From Isurus oxyrinchus (lineage: Eukaryota): a stretch of DNA of 64,000 bases. A program made the translations under genes and the position numbers. Positions 51,090 through 62,507 of this stretch are shown here, in pieces (the first letter of the stretch is position 1; each line of letters opens with the position of its first letter). The stretch spans positions 38,688,001 through 38,752,000 of the forward strand of contig JANJGN010000012.1 in the NCBI GenBank assembly GCA_026770705.1, read 5' to 3'. Below the pieces are notes generated by a model. That model searched no databases. It saw only the letters and a list, made by a program, of their open reading frames with translations, and was not told the DNA's origin.

Positions 51090-52037
51090 AGAGATAAAAA
51101 CAAAAAAAACTGCGGATGCTGGAAATCCAAAACAAAAACAGAATTACCTGGAAAAACTCAGCAGGTCTGGCAGCATCGGCGGAGAAGAAAAGAGTTGACG
51201 TTTCGAGTCCTCATGACCCTTCGACAGAACTTGATTTCGAGTCCAAGAAAGAGTTGAAATATAAGCTGGTTTAAGGTGTGTGTGTGGGGGGCGGAGAGAT
51301 AGAGAGAGAGAGGTGGTTGTGTGGATAAACAAGCAGTGATAGAAGCAGATCATCAAAAGATGTCAGCGACAATGGTACAATAGAACACATAGGTGTTAAA
51401 GTTAAAGTTGGTGATATTATCTAAACGAATGTGCTAATTAAGAATGGATGGTAGGGCACTCAAGTACAGCTCTAGTGGGGGTGGAGGGAGCATAAAAGAT
51501 TTTAAAATATTTAAAAATAATGGAAATAGGTGGGAAAAGAAAAATCTATATAATTTATTGGGGAAAAAAAAAGGGGGAAACAGAAAGGGGGTGGGGATGG
51601 GGGAGGGAGCTCACGACCTAAAGTTGTTGAATTCAATATTCAGACCGGAAGGCTGTAAGGTGCCTAGTCGGAAGATGAGGTGTTGTTCCTCCAGTTTGCG
51701 TTGGGCTTCACTGGAACAATGCAGCAAGCCAAGGACAGACATGTGGGCAAGAGAGCAGGGTGGAGTGTTAAAATGGCAAGCGACAGGGAGGTTTGGGTCA
51801 TTCTTGCGGACAGACCGCAGGTGTTCTGCAAAGCGGTTGCCCAGTTTACGTTTGGTCTCTCCAATGTAGAGGAGACCACATTGGGAGCAACGAATGCAGT
51901 AGACTAAGTTGGGGGAAATGCAAGTGAAATGCTGCTTCACTTGAAAGGAGTGTTTGGGCCCTTGGACGGTGAGGAGAGAGGAAGTGAAGGGGCAGGTGTT
52001 ACATCTTTTGCGTGGGCATGGGGTGGTGCCATAGGAG
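51090..52037 (-). repeat. Upstream pLTR (5'-truncated tandem copy including the GIY-YIG coding end)
   Basis: Near-identical to 47771-48727; by eye 2 substitutions and 2 A-run length differences. Confidence 0.95.
51193..51231 (-). ncRNA. Minimal type-I hammerhead ribozyme motif (variant core)
   Basis: Identical to 47884-47922. Confidence 0.8.
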
Positions 52038-52088
52038 AGATAACCCCTGCTGTAACGTTTGCTTAATCTCGCTCTTGACTTTGTCTAA

Positions 52089-52217
52089 GGCTGGGATTTT
52101 CCAGCCCTGTCGCGGGCTGGACCCATCGTGGGCGAGGCGGCGCCCCAGCCACAAGCCCATTGACTTGTGGCGGGACCAGAAGATCCTGGCAGCGGGCGGG
52201 TATGAAAAATCCCGCCC
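52089..52217. mobile_element. 129-bp Harbinger MITE (family C), TSD TAA, inside the Gypsy
   Basis: TAA-ggctgggattttcc..gaaaaatcccgccc-TAA; CpG-rich, consistent with a young copy. Confidence 0.88.
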
Positions 52218-52689
52218 TAATAGTGGGTGAGGGATTTTCCTTGATATAAAGAGGCAAATTTGGCTTAGCATCAGTTCTTAGCGTTACATGATATTCTGTT
52301 TTCAGCTCCCCTAAGCCTGAAAATAATGTTGGGAATTCATTCCAGAGTATGTTATTGTACTGCTCATTAGCAATTTCATCAACCTTGTAGATTAGCCTCA
52401 TTTGTATGCATTTTTTCCAGCTTAATAATGATGACTTTTAGGGAAAAGAAAAAAAAAATGATGACCTTGGTTCTATATGCATATAAAGATTCAATGATCT
52501 TTTTATCCTTGTATTTTAATCTTGCCAAGTGTTGACCTGTGATTTCAGCTCTATAACATTTCAGTAACTCTACAAAGGTTGGACTTCTTCTTCCCTCCAG
52601 ATCGCTGTTACTTGGTCATATGACATTGCATCAGAGTTACATCAGCATCAGGTGATTCTGATGTTAACTCTTGACAGGCCAGTTGGCTT

Positions 52690-55300
52690 CACAGCCTTTG
52701 ATTAGACTGAATTAGTCCATCCTGGGCATCTCTGGCAGCTAACTGAGCAGCAATAGGTGGTTTTGCCACATCAGACTCCTTCTCCTCCCCCTGTTGTTCC
52801 TCCTCTTGCTCCTCCTCCTCTGAAGATGCAGAGCGCTCATTACTTTCCTCCTTCTGGAGGTCCAGTCCTCTCTGCAGTATAATGTTGCACAAAATGCTGG
52901 AGACGACAGCCACTCTCGAAACCCTGAATGGTCCAAACTATCATGCAACCCCAGGTCTGTCTGGGTACCTGAATCGCATCTTCAGCATTCTCATTGCTTG
53001 CTCAATTACAACTCTGATGTTCATGTGGATCCTGCTTTACCTTCCCTGGGTGTCAGTGCTAGGGCTCTTTACAGGGATCATTGGCCACAGCTTTACAGGG
53101 AGCTCTTGTTTTCACGAAGCCATCCATTGACTCTGCTTTGAGGTGTTAATATTGGTGGCAAACATGAATGACATAGGATTGGCGCATCATGACAGCTCCC
53201 TGGAAAATCTTGCACTGATATTCACGATGGTCTCTAGGTTGCAGACCAACTAAAATATGTGGAACAAGTGGAATCTGTTTTCTGCTGGCTGATCTAGGGG
53301 CTGCTTTGATTGCCATAGGTGTGTAATGTATGACTTCCTAAAGCTGTGGGAGTTAGCTCGAGTTGCAAATCCACACACCCTCTCGTTTCATTGCAAACCT
53401 CATTCATTGCAAACTGGATATAAATCTACCACAAGTATGCATGGAAGCAGATTGTGAGATTCTACAAATATCACCTGCAGATTCCTGGAATGAGCTAGAG
53501 GCAAAGAAACCAAGAGCTATGGTGCCACTGACAATGCTCACCAGGGCTACTTGGAAGGAGGTCTTGTTCCATCAAGCTGCAAATGTCAGTGATCACCTAA
53601 CAGGAAGAGTCGATTATTAAGGATGAGATTTCAGAATACTTGGAAGTGCATGGTAAAATAGAGCAAAGTCAGTATGGTTTCATCAAGGGGAGGTCACGCC
53701 TGACAAATCTGTTAGAATTCTTTGAGGAGGTAACGAGTAGGTTAGACAAAGGAGAGCCAATGGATGTTATCTACTTGGACTTCCAGAAGGCCTTTGACAA
53801 GGTGCCGCACAGGAGGCTGCTCAGTAAGATAAGAGTCCTTGGTGTTAGAGGCAAGGTACTAGCATGGATAGAAGATTGGCTGTCTGGCAGGAGGCAGAGA
53901 GTGGGGATAAGGGGGTCCTTCTCAGGATGGCGGCCGGTGACTAGTGGAGTTCCGCAGGGGTCAGTTTTGGAATCACAACTTTTCACTTTATATATACATT
54001 AATGATCTAGATGAAGGAACTGAGGGCATCCTGGCTAAGTTTGCAGATGATACAAAGATAGGTGGAGGGACAGATAGTATTGAGGAGGCAGGGAGGCTGC
54101 AGAAGGATTTGGACAGGCTAGGAGAATGGGCAAAGAAGTGGCAGATGGAATACAACGTGGGGAAGTGTGAGGTCATGCACTTTGGTAGGAAGAATAGAGG
54201 CAGAGACTATTTTCTAAATGGGGAGAGAATTCAGAAATCTGGAGTGCAAAGGGACTTGGGAGTCCTAGTCCAGGATTCTCTTAAGGTTGAGTTGGTAGTT
54301 ATGAAGGCAAATGCAATGTTGGCATTTATTTTGAGAGGACTAGAATATAAAAGCAGGGATGTGCTGCTGAGGTTTTATAAAGCTCTGGTCAGACCACATT
54401 TAGAATATTGTGAGCAATTTTGGGCCCCGTATCTCAGGAAGGATGTTCTGGCCCTGGAGAGCGTCCAGAGGAGGTTCACGAGAATGATCCCAGGAATGAA
54501 AGGCTTAACATATGAGGAACGTTTGAGGACTCTGGGTCTCTACTCGATGGAGTTTAGAAGGATGAGGGGGGATCTGATTGAAACTTACAGAATACTGAAA
54601 GGCCTGGATAGAGTGGACGTGGGGAAGATGTTTCCATTAGTAGGAGAGACTAGGACCCGAGGGCACAGCCTCAGAGTAAAGGGAAGACCTTTTAGAACAG
54701 AGATGAGGAGAAACTTCTTTAGCCAGAGAGTGGTGAATCTATGGAATTCATTGCCACAGAAGGCTGTGGAGGCCAGGTCATTGAGTGTATTTAAGACTGA
54801 GATAGATAGGTTCTTGATTGGTAAGGGGATCAAAGGTTACAGGGAGAAGACGGGAGAATGGGGTTGAGAAACTTATCAGCCATGATTGAATAGCAGAGCA
54901 GACTCGATGGGCCGAATGGCTCCTTTGTCTTATGGTCTTATGATCTTATGGAAAGCCTAAGCCTCCTGAGACCCCAGTGTAGTCATGACAGCTTATCCTC
55001 TGCCTGTACACTGTGTACTAGAGCTGTTGTCTCCTCTGAAGTTGATCTGTGTACCTATCCCCTCTGTCCTGTGGACCAACAAGTGGCTGCGGAGGATACT
55101 GCTCCATCTGTTGGTACTGCTGTTGCTCTTCTTCTTCCTTATCTGCCATCCAAAGTGGCTCCCATGCCGCTGTGAAGGCTAACAGATGGGAAGTGCAGAT
55201 CAAAAGCAAGAAACCCCAAGTCATTAAACATGATCGGCAAATTATTGCAAACCACATCCAAAGCAGTGAAAACACACTTTCAGAACTAGTCCTGTGAGAA
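52690..55300 (-). pseudogene. Second decayed Harbinger transposase, split by CR1
   Basis: N-part VYRQRIS..RRLRLS (~54950-55180); C-part RVVIEQAMRMLKMRFRY..SSILCNIILQRG + acidic tail ..AARDAQDGLIQ (52690-53100). Confidence 0.75.
53610..54950 (+). mobile_element. 5'-truncated CR1 (HER1-like) LINE, well preserved RT with one frameshift near 53990
   Basis: SQYGFIKGRS..LDFQKAFDKVPH..GVPQGSV / INDL..KFADDTK..LVRPHLEYC..RNFFSQRVVNLWNSLP; tail tcttatggtcttatgatcttatg. Confidence 0.95.
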
Positions 55301-55559
55301 AAAAACTTTCATTTAGGCAAGGAAGCAGGTGACACATCTCAATATTTAAAGCTTTGCGTGCCCATTAGTTTCTCAGCCCCATCGACGTTGACTATCTCCT
55401 CAGCTTGTTTTCCCTGAAGCCCGGAAAACCCTTGCACTCTGTGTTAGAGTCAGAATGCTGGGTTGACACAGAAGCTAATGATCGTTCTATAAATTTAAAA
55501 AGCAGATCCCTCTGTTTCACAGAGATTTCCCACAGGCTGAAGAATGCATTCGAGTTAAT

Positions 55560-55866
55560 ATGAAACATTTAAGATTCCTAGGGGGTTTGACAGGGTAGAT
55601 GCTGACAGGATGCTTCCTCTTATGGGGGAATCTAGAAATGGGGGCATGGTTTAAAAATAAGGGGTCTCCCAATTAAGACAGAGACGAGGGGGAATTTCTT
55701 CTCTACATCAAGCAGTGGAGGCTGGGTCAATGAATACATTCAAGGCTGAATTGGACAGATTTTTGATTGCCAATTAAGGGAGTCAAGCATTGTGGAGGGC
55801 AGGCAGGAAAATGGAGTTAAGGCCACAATCAGATCAGCTATGATCTTATTTCTTATATTCATATGT
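55560..55866 (+). mobile_element. CR1 3' fragment
   Basis: Aligns with 54580-54890 with internal deletions. Confidence 0.75.
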
Positions 55867-57554
55867 TAAAGGTGTAGGTCAGCAGGTTCCCGTGACTTCC
55901 CGACACATCTGTATTTTCATCTGCTTTAACCTGCCTCCTGCACAGAAGGTCACCCCCTCCCCCCCTTGACAGGTTAAATTTCACCCCCCCCCCTTTCTTC
56001 CATATATAGTAGTAGCAAAGATTGACATCGACTCGAGGGTAGATGAAAGTTATAAACTTTTATTTTCCCTTGAAGTTCAAGCAAATTCTTTGAAGCAGTC
56101 AGGCAACTAAAATGCTAATAGTCTTCACACCTTGATAGGTATTCGCCCGCAACTGTCAGTTTCCCATCATAGGAGTCTGCTTGTTTTAACAGCCAACTCT
56201 AATTGGAAATGGCATTTTAGTATGAAAAAATGCTGTACTCATTAACATTTTAAATGTGCTTCCAAACATCAAAGCACCCTAATCATGACTGATTCCTGAT
56301 CAAAATGAATTTCTCTGTTCTCACTGTCACCTGTCTTACTTTTGTATCTACTGAGGAAAGTAGCTCCATTTTCAGCCTCCGTTGTTTCAACTGATGTAAA
56401 ATGAAAGGCAAATATTTCAATTCTTGTCCTTCCACAATTATGAGATCGAGGGAAAGCATAAAGTTGGACAGGAGTTGGCATATTGACACCCCAGCCACTG
56501 CCAACATATTATAACACAAAGGAAGTGGATTTTATGCCATTGATTCATGTCCAGAACCTGATTTTTCCAGTCATCTCAATGTGTTAATTGGATGCACATT
56601 AAAGACAAACTGTTTCTGTTAGATCTCCCACAAGTGCTGAAAGCGTATAACTCTGGTAGAAAGGAGATAGCTACATTTACCTGGTATTTCCATAGAGGTT
56701 TCTTTCGGTAAGAAACTATTCACTGCAACAGAGGGAAAGAGCATATCTGAGACCATTTAAATGATTGAGACATTAAAGGGTGTGCAGAGTTTTCAAGGGT
56801 GCTGCAGCAGTTTAATTATTTGCTGTCTGAATAGCCAAATACGTCCACTCCGTAACCGTGTTTTGTGGCTGAAGTAACTGGGACAAACTTGCACAAACAT
56901 TTGAAGAAAAGTTACAATTCTTTTGTCAGTTTCCTTGAAGCAGGTTTGTGATGTGTCAAGGCTTCCGGTCCTCTGGACCATACTCTGGAACATAGCTGCG
57001 GGTATACTCTGGGACCAGAGGAAGCAATTGAATGTACACAGTCACTGAACAAATGATATGCTGACTGCCCATTTTTCAGAGCAAAAAGTGTACAGGAAAG
57101 CACTGCAATAAAATATATTTCTGATCTGCACAGGTGGACTGAGCACTCAGCCAGAGAATTTGCTGCATGTGGTGTTTGGTGCTGGCAGCAGAACCCATTT
57201 ATTTTTGCATAAGTTCCACTGACAGCATGGGGAGCAATCTCTCCTGGGGTGGTACCTTTTTCCACCACAATTAGTACCACCTGGCAGATTTAGTGCCAGT
57301 CGTTCATCCAGTAGTCGTCTGCAGCACACATTTCTTGAAACAAGCCATGAAATCAAAGTTTGTGATCGAAAGGCTGAGAAATCAGGTTATTCAAGAAAAC
57401 CAAGCTATTATCATTGGAAGGAGGGGAAGGCATCATACCAATTGTACAGACCTAATTTTACTTGTCTGACATGCAGTGTAGTATGGACTGTCTACTATTG
57501 TAGTATACTCTCGGCACCTACCCCACCAACAGCCCCCACCCCGTGCCCCACAAT

Positions 57555-58446
57555 ATCTATCAGGCTGCTTGTCTGACATCCAGTACATTCTTGAGCAGAA
57601 ATTTCTCAAATTAAACATGAGAAAGGCCGAAGCCATTGTCTTTGGTCCCCGCTACAAACTCCGCTGTCTAACTATGGACTCCATTCCTCTCCCTGGCGAC
57701 GCTCTGAGGCTGGACGAGACTCTTTGCAACCTTTGTGTCATATTTGACCCAAAATGAGATAGCTAACAAATGTCCATGCCATCACTAAGACCGCCTATTT
57801 CTATCTCTGTAACATTGCCCAGTTCTGCTTCAGCCTCAGCTCCTGTGCTGTCTTATTCATGCCTTTGCTACCAGCAGACTATTGCAACACATCCCTGGCT
57901 GACCTCCCACATTCCTCCCTCCTTAAATTTGAGGGTCGTCCAGAATGCTGTTGTCAGTGTCTTTACGCACAGCAAGGCCTATTCACCCATCATCCCAGTG
58001 CTCGTTGACCTACATTGGTTGGTTAAGCAATGGCTTGATTTTAAGATTCTCTATCTTGCTCTCAAATCCCTTAATAGTTTGGTCCCTCCCAAGCTCTGCA
58101 ATCTCCTTTAGCTCCACACTGACCCAAAATATCTGTGCTCCTCTAATTCTGACCTCTTGTGCATCCCCAATTATAACTGTCCCACCATTGGTAACCATGC
58201 CTTCAGCTGCTAGGCCTTTAAGATCTGTAATTCCCCTCATAAACCTCTCTGAATTTCTACCTCTCTTTTCTCCTTCAAGACTCTCCTTAAAACCTACCTC
58301 CTCAATCAAACTTTTGATTGTTTACCCTAATATCTCCTTATGTGTCTTGGTGTCAAATTTTGCTTTATAACGCTCCTGTGAAACACTTTGGGATACTTTG
58401 TTACATTAAGGGTGCTATATAAATACAAGTTGTTGCTGTTGTTGTA
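57555..58446 (+). mobile_element. L2 LINE 3' portion
   Basis: LSDIQY..FLKLNMRKAEAIVFGP; VQNAV..SPIIPVLVDLHWL..FKIL; tail ggtgctatataaatacaagttgttg. Confidence 0.88.
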
Positions 58447-58704
58447 GTGTGCATGTGTGGAGATTAAGTGAGAACAGGACCAGGTTCATCTATGATCTAT
58501 TGAAAGTGATCAAATTGGCTGCTTATTCTTACTGTTTAGGTGCACCTATGGGTTATGGCCACTTAGTTGAGATACTGGAGGTTGTTCAGGATCCATGGAT
58601 CCATACCAAGTTAGCAGAGGAGCATTCTGCATTTTAACACAGAGCACATTGCAAACCTGATACTTTAAATACAAATCAGTTTATCCACATGTGCTTCTTT
58701 TACA

Positions 58705-59090
58705 TACGAACTTACAAATTAGGAGCAAGAGTAGGCCACTCTGCCCCTTGAGCCTGCTCTGCCATTCAATGAGATCATGGCTGATCTGACTGTAACTTCA
58801 ACTCCACATTCCCATCTACCCTCGATAACCCTTCGCTCCCTTGCTTATCAAAAATCTAATTAGGTCTGCCTTAAAACTATTCAAAGACTCTGCTTCTGCT
58901 GCCTTTTGAGGAAGAGAGTTCCAAAGACTCACAACCCTCTGAGAGAGAAAAAAATCTCCTCATCTCTGTCTTAAATGAGCGACTCCTTATTTTTAAACAG
59001 TAACTCCTGGTTTTAGATTCTCCCACAAGAGGAAACTTTCTCTCCACATCCAGCCTATCAAGATCCCTCAGGATCTTAAAGCTTTCAATC
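58705..59090 (-). mobile_element. CR1 3' end
   Basis: Homologous to 15330-15720 and 63555-63920. Confidence 0.85.
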
Positions 59091-59374
59091 TTTTCTTTTG
59101 ATGTCCTTTTGATGAGTTGTTCTCAAGCTATGGGTGATGTTGGCAAGGTCACCATTATTGTCCATCCAATTTGGTTTGAGAGGGTGGTGGTGGGTCTGCT
59201 TGAACCATCATAGTCCTTGTGGTACTGGTGGTCCCATAATAGTATAACGTGGGGAATTTCTGAATATTGAGCATGCATCAGTGAAGAGTAATATAAATCC
59301 AAATCAGGTTCGTATGACAGCTGGATGAGAACTGGGGCAAATGGTATCCCAATGGTACTCTATTAAGTCATCAT

Positions 59375-59488
59375 ACCTAATATCTCCTTATGTGGCTCGG
59401 TGTCATACTTTGTTTCATGATGCTCCTGTGAAGTGAATTAGGACCTTTCATTACATTAACGGCACTATATAAATATAAGTTGTTATTG
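59375..59488 (+). mobile_element. L2 tail
   Basis: cctaatatctccttatgtggctcggtgtca..ctatataaatataagttgtt. Confidence 0.7.
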
Positions 59489-60002
59489 ATGCTCTTGCCC
59501 TTTTTCATAGTAAAGGCCACAGGGGATGCTGTTGAAATATTGCAATGCATTCTTTGGAGAATACATTTTGCAGCTGCGTTTTACTGATGTTGGAGGCAGT
59601 TGATACTGACTCGAATGGCAGGGACACTAATCAAGTGAACTGCTCACTTAGCCTGACAGCAGGTTTAGGAAAACTGGTTCCTTTGAACTAACAGCTTTAT
59701 TTCCATTATGTCACTGAATCAAGCTAAGTAATAGTTGTACACACAAAGCAGCAGATATATTTTTATTACAGTTAAAAATAGTTACCCAATACAAAAAGGA
59801 TCAAGAACAAAACCTTACACTAAAGTGTTCCGTACTCTTGACTCACACTTCCCCATGATCTGAAAACGCCTTCCCTGCTTCAGTTGTCCCATTCTACAGT
59901 CTACAGGTTTTTAAACTCTACATTTGGCACCATCTACAAAAAACTCTGATTTATCTCACCTACTTACCAGTCCTATTTAAATATTGGTGCTGTTTTGCTT
60001 TA

Positions 60003-61085
60003 TATTCATTCCTGGCATGTGGGTGTTGCTGGCAGAGCCAGTATTGATTGCCCGCCCTGAACTGCCCTTAAGAAGATGGTGGTGAGCTGTCTTCTTCATG
60101 AACTACTGTAGTTAAGTTGGAGAAGGTACACCCACAGTAATTGGCTCAAGGCACTTAGGATGAAGAAAAATCTGAATCACGTAACACAGAAGGAGGCCAT
60201 TCAGCCTATTACATCTGTGCTGATTCCTTGAAGCATTGTGTAAGTAATCCTAAAACCTGTTCTTTCCCAATAGTCCAGCTACTTCTCCTCTTCAAGTAAA
60301 TGTCCAATTCACTTTTGAACTCAAAATTGAATCTGTTTCCATGTCAGACATTGTATTCCAGACTATCATAATTCACTGTGTCAAAAGAATTGCCATCTTT
60401 CCTCTGGATTTTTATGCCAATTAACTTAAATCTTTTCCTTTGGTTATTGACCCTCCTAACAGTGTGAAAAATTTCTCCCTATCTACTGTATAAAAACCCT
60501 TCATAATTTTGTTCACCATTTTTATTAATTACCCATCAACCTTCTCTGCTCTAAGGAGAACATGCTTAGCTTCATTATTCTGAAGTCCCTTACCCCTGTA
60601 TTACTGAGGAAAATTCCCTTTTCAAGGTCTGTTACATAAAGAGTTCCAGGATTTTGACCTGTCAATGGTGAAAAAAACAGCAATTTGTGTGAAAATCAGA
60701 ATGATGTGTGATTGGGAGGTGGTGGTGTTCACATACCCCTGTCTTACTAGGTGGTGGGGATCTTGGGTTTGGGAAGTGTTATCAAAGAAATTTTAGTGCA
60801 TTACTGCCATACATACTGCAGACACAGTGGCCAATGGAGTGGATGTTTAAGCTGGTGGGTGGGCTGCCAGTCAAGCAGTTTGCTTTGTCCTAGCTGGCAT
60901 TGAGCTTCCTTGAGTATTTTTGCATCTGCATCAGTTTAGGCCAATGGGAAATATTTCATAACATTCATGGTTATGCCATGGGTCTTGGAAAGCTTTGACG
61001 AGTCAAGAAGTGAGTTACTTGTTGCAGAATACCCAGCCTCTGATCTGCTCTAGTAGCCAAGGCATTTATGCAACTTGACCAGCCC
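60003..61085 (-). mobile_element. Second CR1-group LINE 3' portion, interrupted by an old CR1 fragment (~60180-60610)
   Basis: 60003-60140 and 60640-61085 align with 19288-20100; INALATRADQRLGILQQVTHFLT. Confidence 0.7.
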
Positions 61086-61587
61086 AGTATCTGACTAATG
61101 TTCAGTCTAAGTGGTATGGGCACATAGCTGCACAAAAGCCTGGACAATACCAGGCAGGACTGGTTCCGAGATAAATACCATGTGTGTGAATTTTTAGACT
61201 GCACATTGATAAACCTGCCTGTACATAACAACTGAATATTAAAGGAACATCAATGGTGAGCCCTAAGATATTGCTGGTTTCTTCACTACAGTCCTTACTT
61301 AGTATTCTCAACAGAAAATAACTGTATCAAACTCTTGTCCGGCATAGTACTCAATGTAGCAAACCATTTTCCATCGAATTCAATTTGTGATCTGTATTTA
61401 ACAGTTAAATATAGACCTGACTCAAGCAAAACTGCCCCGGATTTGTTGTTTTGCCATTTCTCAGCACATTGCATTGTGTCAAATCAGTGCATGTCAGTCA
61501 TCTTTCAGGAACCAACAGCTTCTCGTCAAACATTATGTTGTCGAAAATAAAGTAGGCTCATTTAGACTCACACATTAAAAGTGTACA

Positions 61588-61663
61588 ATACTGCGGATAC
61601 TGAAAATTTGAAATAAAAATAGAAGATATAGGAAATGTTCAGCAGGTCAGACAGTATCTATGG
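61588..61663 (-). mobile_element. Old PLE-pLTR tail remnant (resumes at 62516-62537)
   Basis: tactgcggatactgaaaatttgaaataaaaa..cagcaggtcagacagtatctatgg | agagaaaaacagagctaacg matches the reverse complement of the tail at 2965-3060. Confidence 0.7.
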
Positions 61664-61728
61664 CAAAATAAAAACAGAATTACCTGGAAAAACTCAGCAG
61701 GTCTGGCAGCATCGGCGGAGAAGAAAAG

Positions 61729-61767
61729 AGTTGACGTTTCGAGTCCTCATGACCCTTCGACAGAACT
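61729..61767 (-). ncRNA. Hammerhead motif, left arm
   Basis: Identical to 47884-47922. Confidence 0.75.
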
Positions 61768-61920
61768 TGATTTCGAGTCCAAGAAAGAGTTGAAATATAA
61801 GCTGGTTTAAGGTGTGTGTGTGGGGGGGGAAGGAGAGAGTCTCTCTCTCTCTCTCCTTCCCCCCCCACACACACACCTTAAACCAGCTTATATTTCAACT
61901 CTTTCTTGGACTCGAAATCA

Positions 61921-61959
61921 AGTTCTGTCGAAGGGTCATGAGGACTCGAAACGTCAACT
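61921..61959 (+). ncRNA. Hammerhead motif, right arm
   Basis: agttctgtcgaagggtcatgaggactcgaaacgtcaact. Confidence 0.75.
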
Positions 61960-62072
61960 CTTTTCTTCTCCGCCGATGCTGCCAGACCTGCTGAGTTTTT
62001 CCAGGTAATTCTGTTTTTATTTTGGATTTCCAGCATCCGCAGTTTTCTCTGTTTTCATATCAGTATCTATGG

Positions 62073-62507
62073 CAATGCTTCTCAAATGTTTTCCTAATGC
62101 GAACCCATTTTAATGCCTTAGACTTTGACGTGGGAGGGTTAGAGAGTTTTTGAATGTGGAGGGAGGGGGGAGAAGAGTTGTTGATGGTGGGGGATGGGGA
62201 TGGGGGTGGATGGTGGTGAGGTGAGTGGTTGACCAGGAAGGGGAGTTTAAAACCACTGGGTTTGCCTGACAAAAAAACAAAGAGCTACCTTTTTATAGGC
62301 GGTGGCTGTAGCAGCATTTCAGGCCTCAGGGAACAGGTGATTAAGCCATGCACCTGATAGAAAAGAATATGAACATTTAAAGGGACCTCGCAGCTGTCTA
62401 AACACAATCTGAGCTCCATGGCTGCTCATGCTGCCTCGGGGCTCATGAACACAAGTTCTCATCCCATGAGTCCAATGGGGGTCACGACCCAGAATTTAGA
62501 ACCCCTG
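62073..62507. mobile_element. hAT (Charlie-like) MITE, 8-bp TSD ATCTATGG
   Basis: ATCTATGG-caatgcttctcaaa...tttagaacccctg-ATCTATGG; subterminal gggtcacgaccc. Confidence 0.8.

Larger units (their letters stand above)
47771..52037 (-). mobile_element. Young Penelope-like retroelement (Neptune-type), partial tandem with pLTRs
   Basis: Long RT+GIY-YIG ORF between ~950-bp direct repeats (47771-48727 and 51090-52037); GGAGAGATAA at both junctions; removal restores the Gypsy RT segment QQGVISPVT. Confidence 0.96.
42240..52610 (-). pseudogene. Decayed Ty3/Gypsy LTR-retrotransposon pol (linker-RT-RNaseH-integrase) in pieces: ~52610-52218, 52088-52034, 47778-47541, 47313-46085, 43050-42240
   Basis: EFPTLFSGLGELK; VPKPNGSVRICVDLTQLN; RLPFGIASAPAIFQR..ICHMDD; ADASSRGL..YASGSL; IEKEALA..IETDHKPL; IHQGLLGITKC..VWWPG; VSDNGP..SSPRYPLLNGEAER; RT-RH-IN order is the Gypsy order. 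Confidence 0.92.
61664..62060. mobile_element. Palindromic PLE pLTR insertion: perfect 176-bp arms (61664-61839 / 61849-62024), 15-bp TSD
   Basis: Arms are exact reverse complements by eye with a 9-nt (TC) spacer; CAGTATCTATGGCAA at 61652-61666 and 62061-62075. Confidence 0.93.

Noticed and set aside
51090-52037. Assembly duplication or true retroviral LTRs
   Set aside because: The copies differ at a few sites, lack TG..CA ends and include ORF 3' sequence, which is the expected PLE partial-tandem pLTR structure
56269-57356. Non-repeat-looking stretch with several short ORFs
   Set aside because: All frames are interrupted and no family is recognisable, so a CDS call cannot be supported
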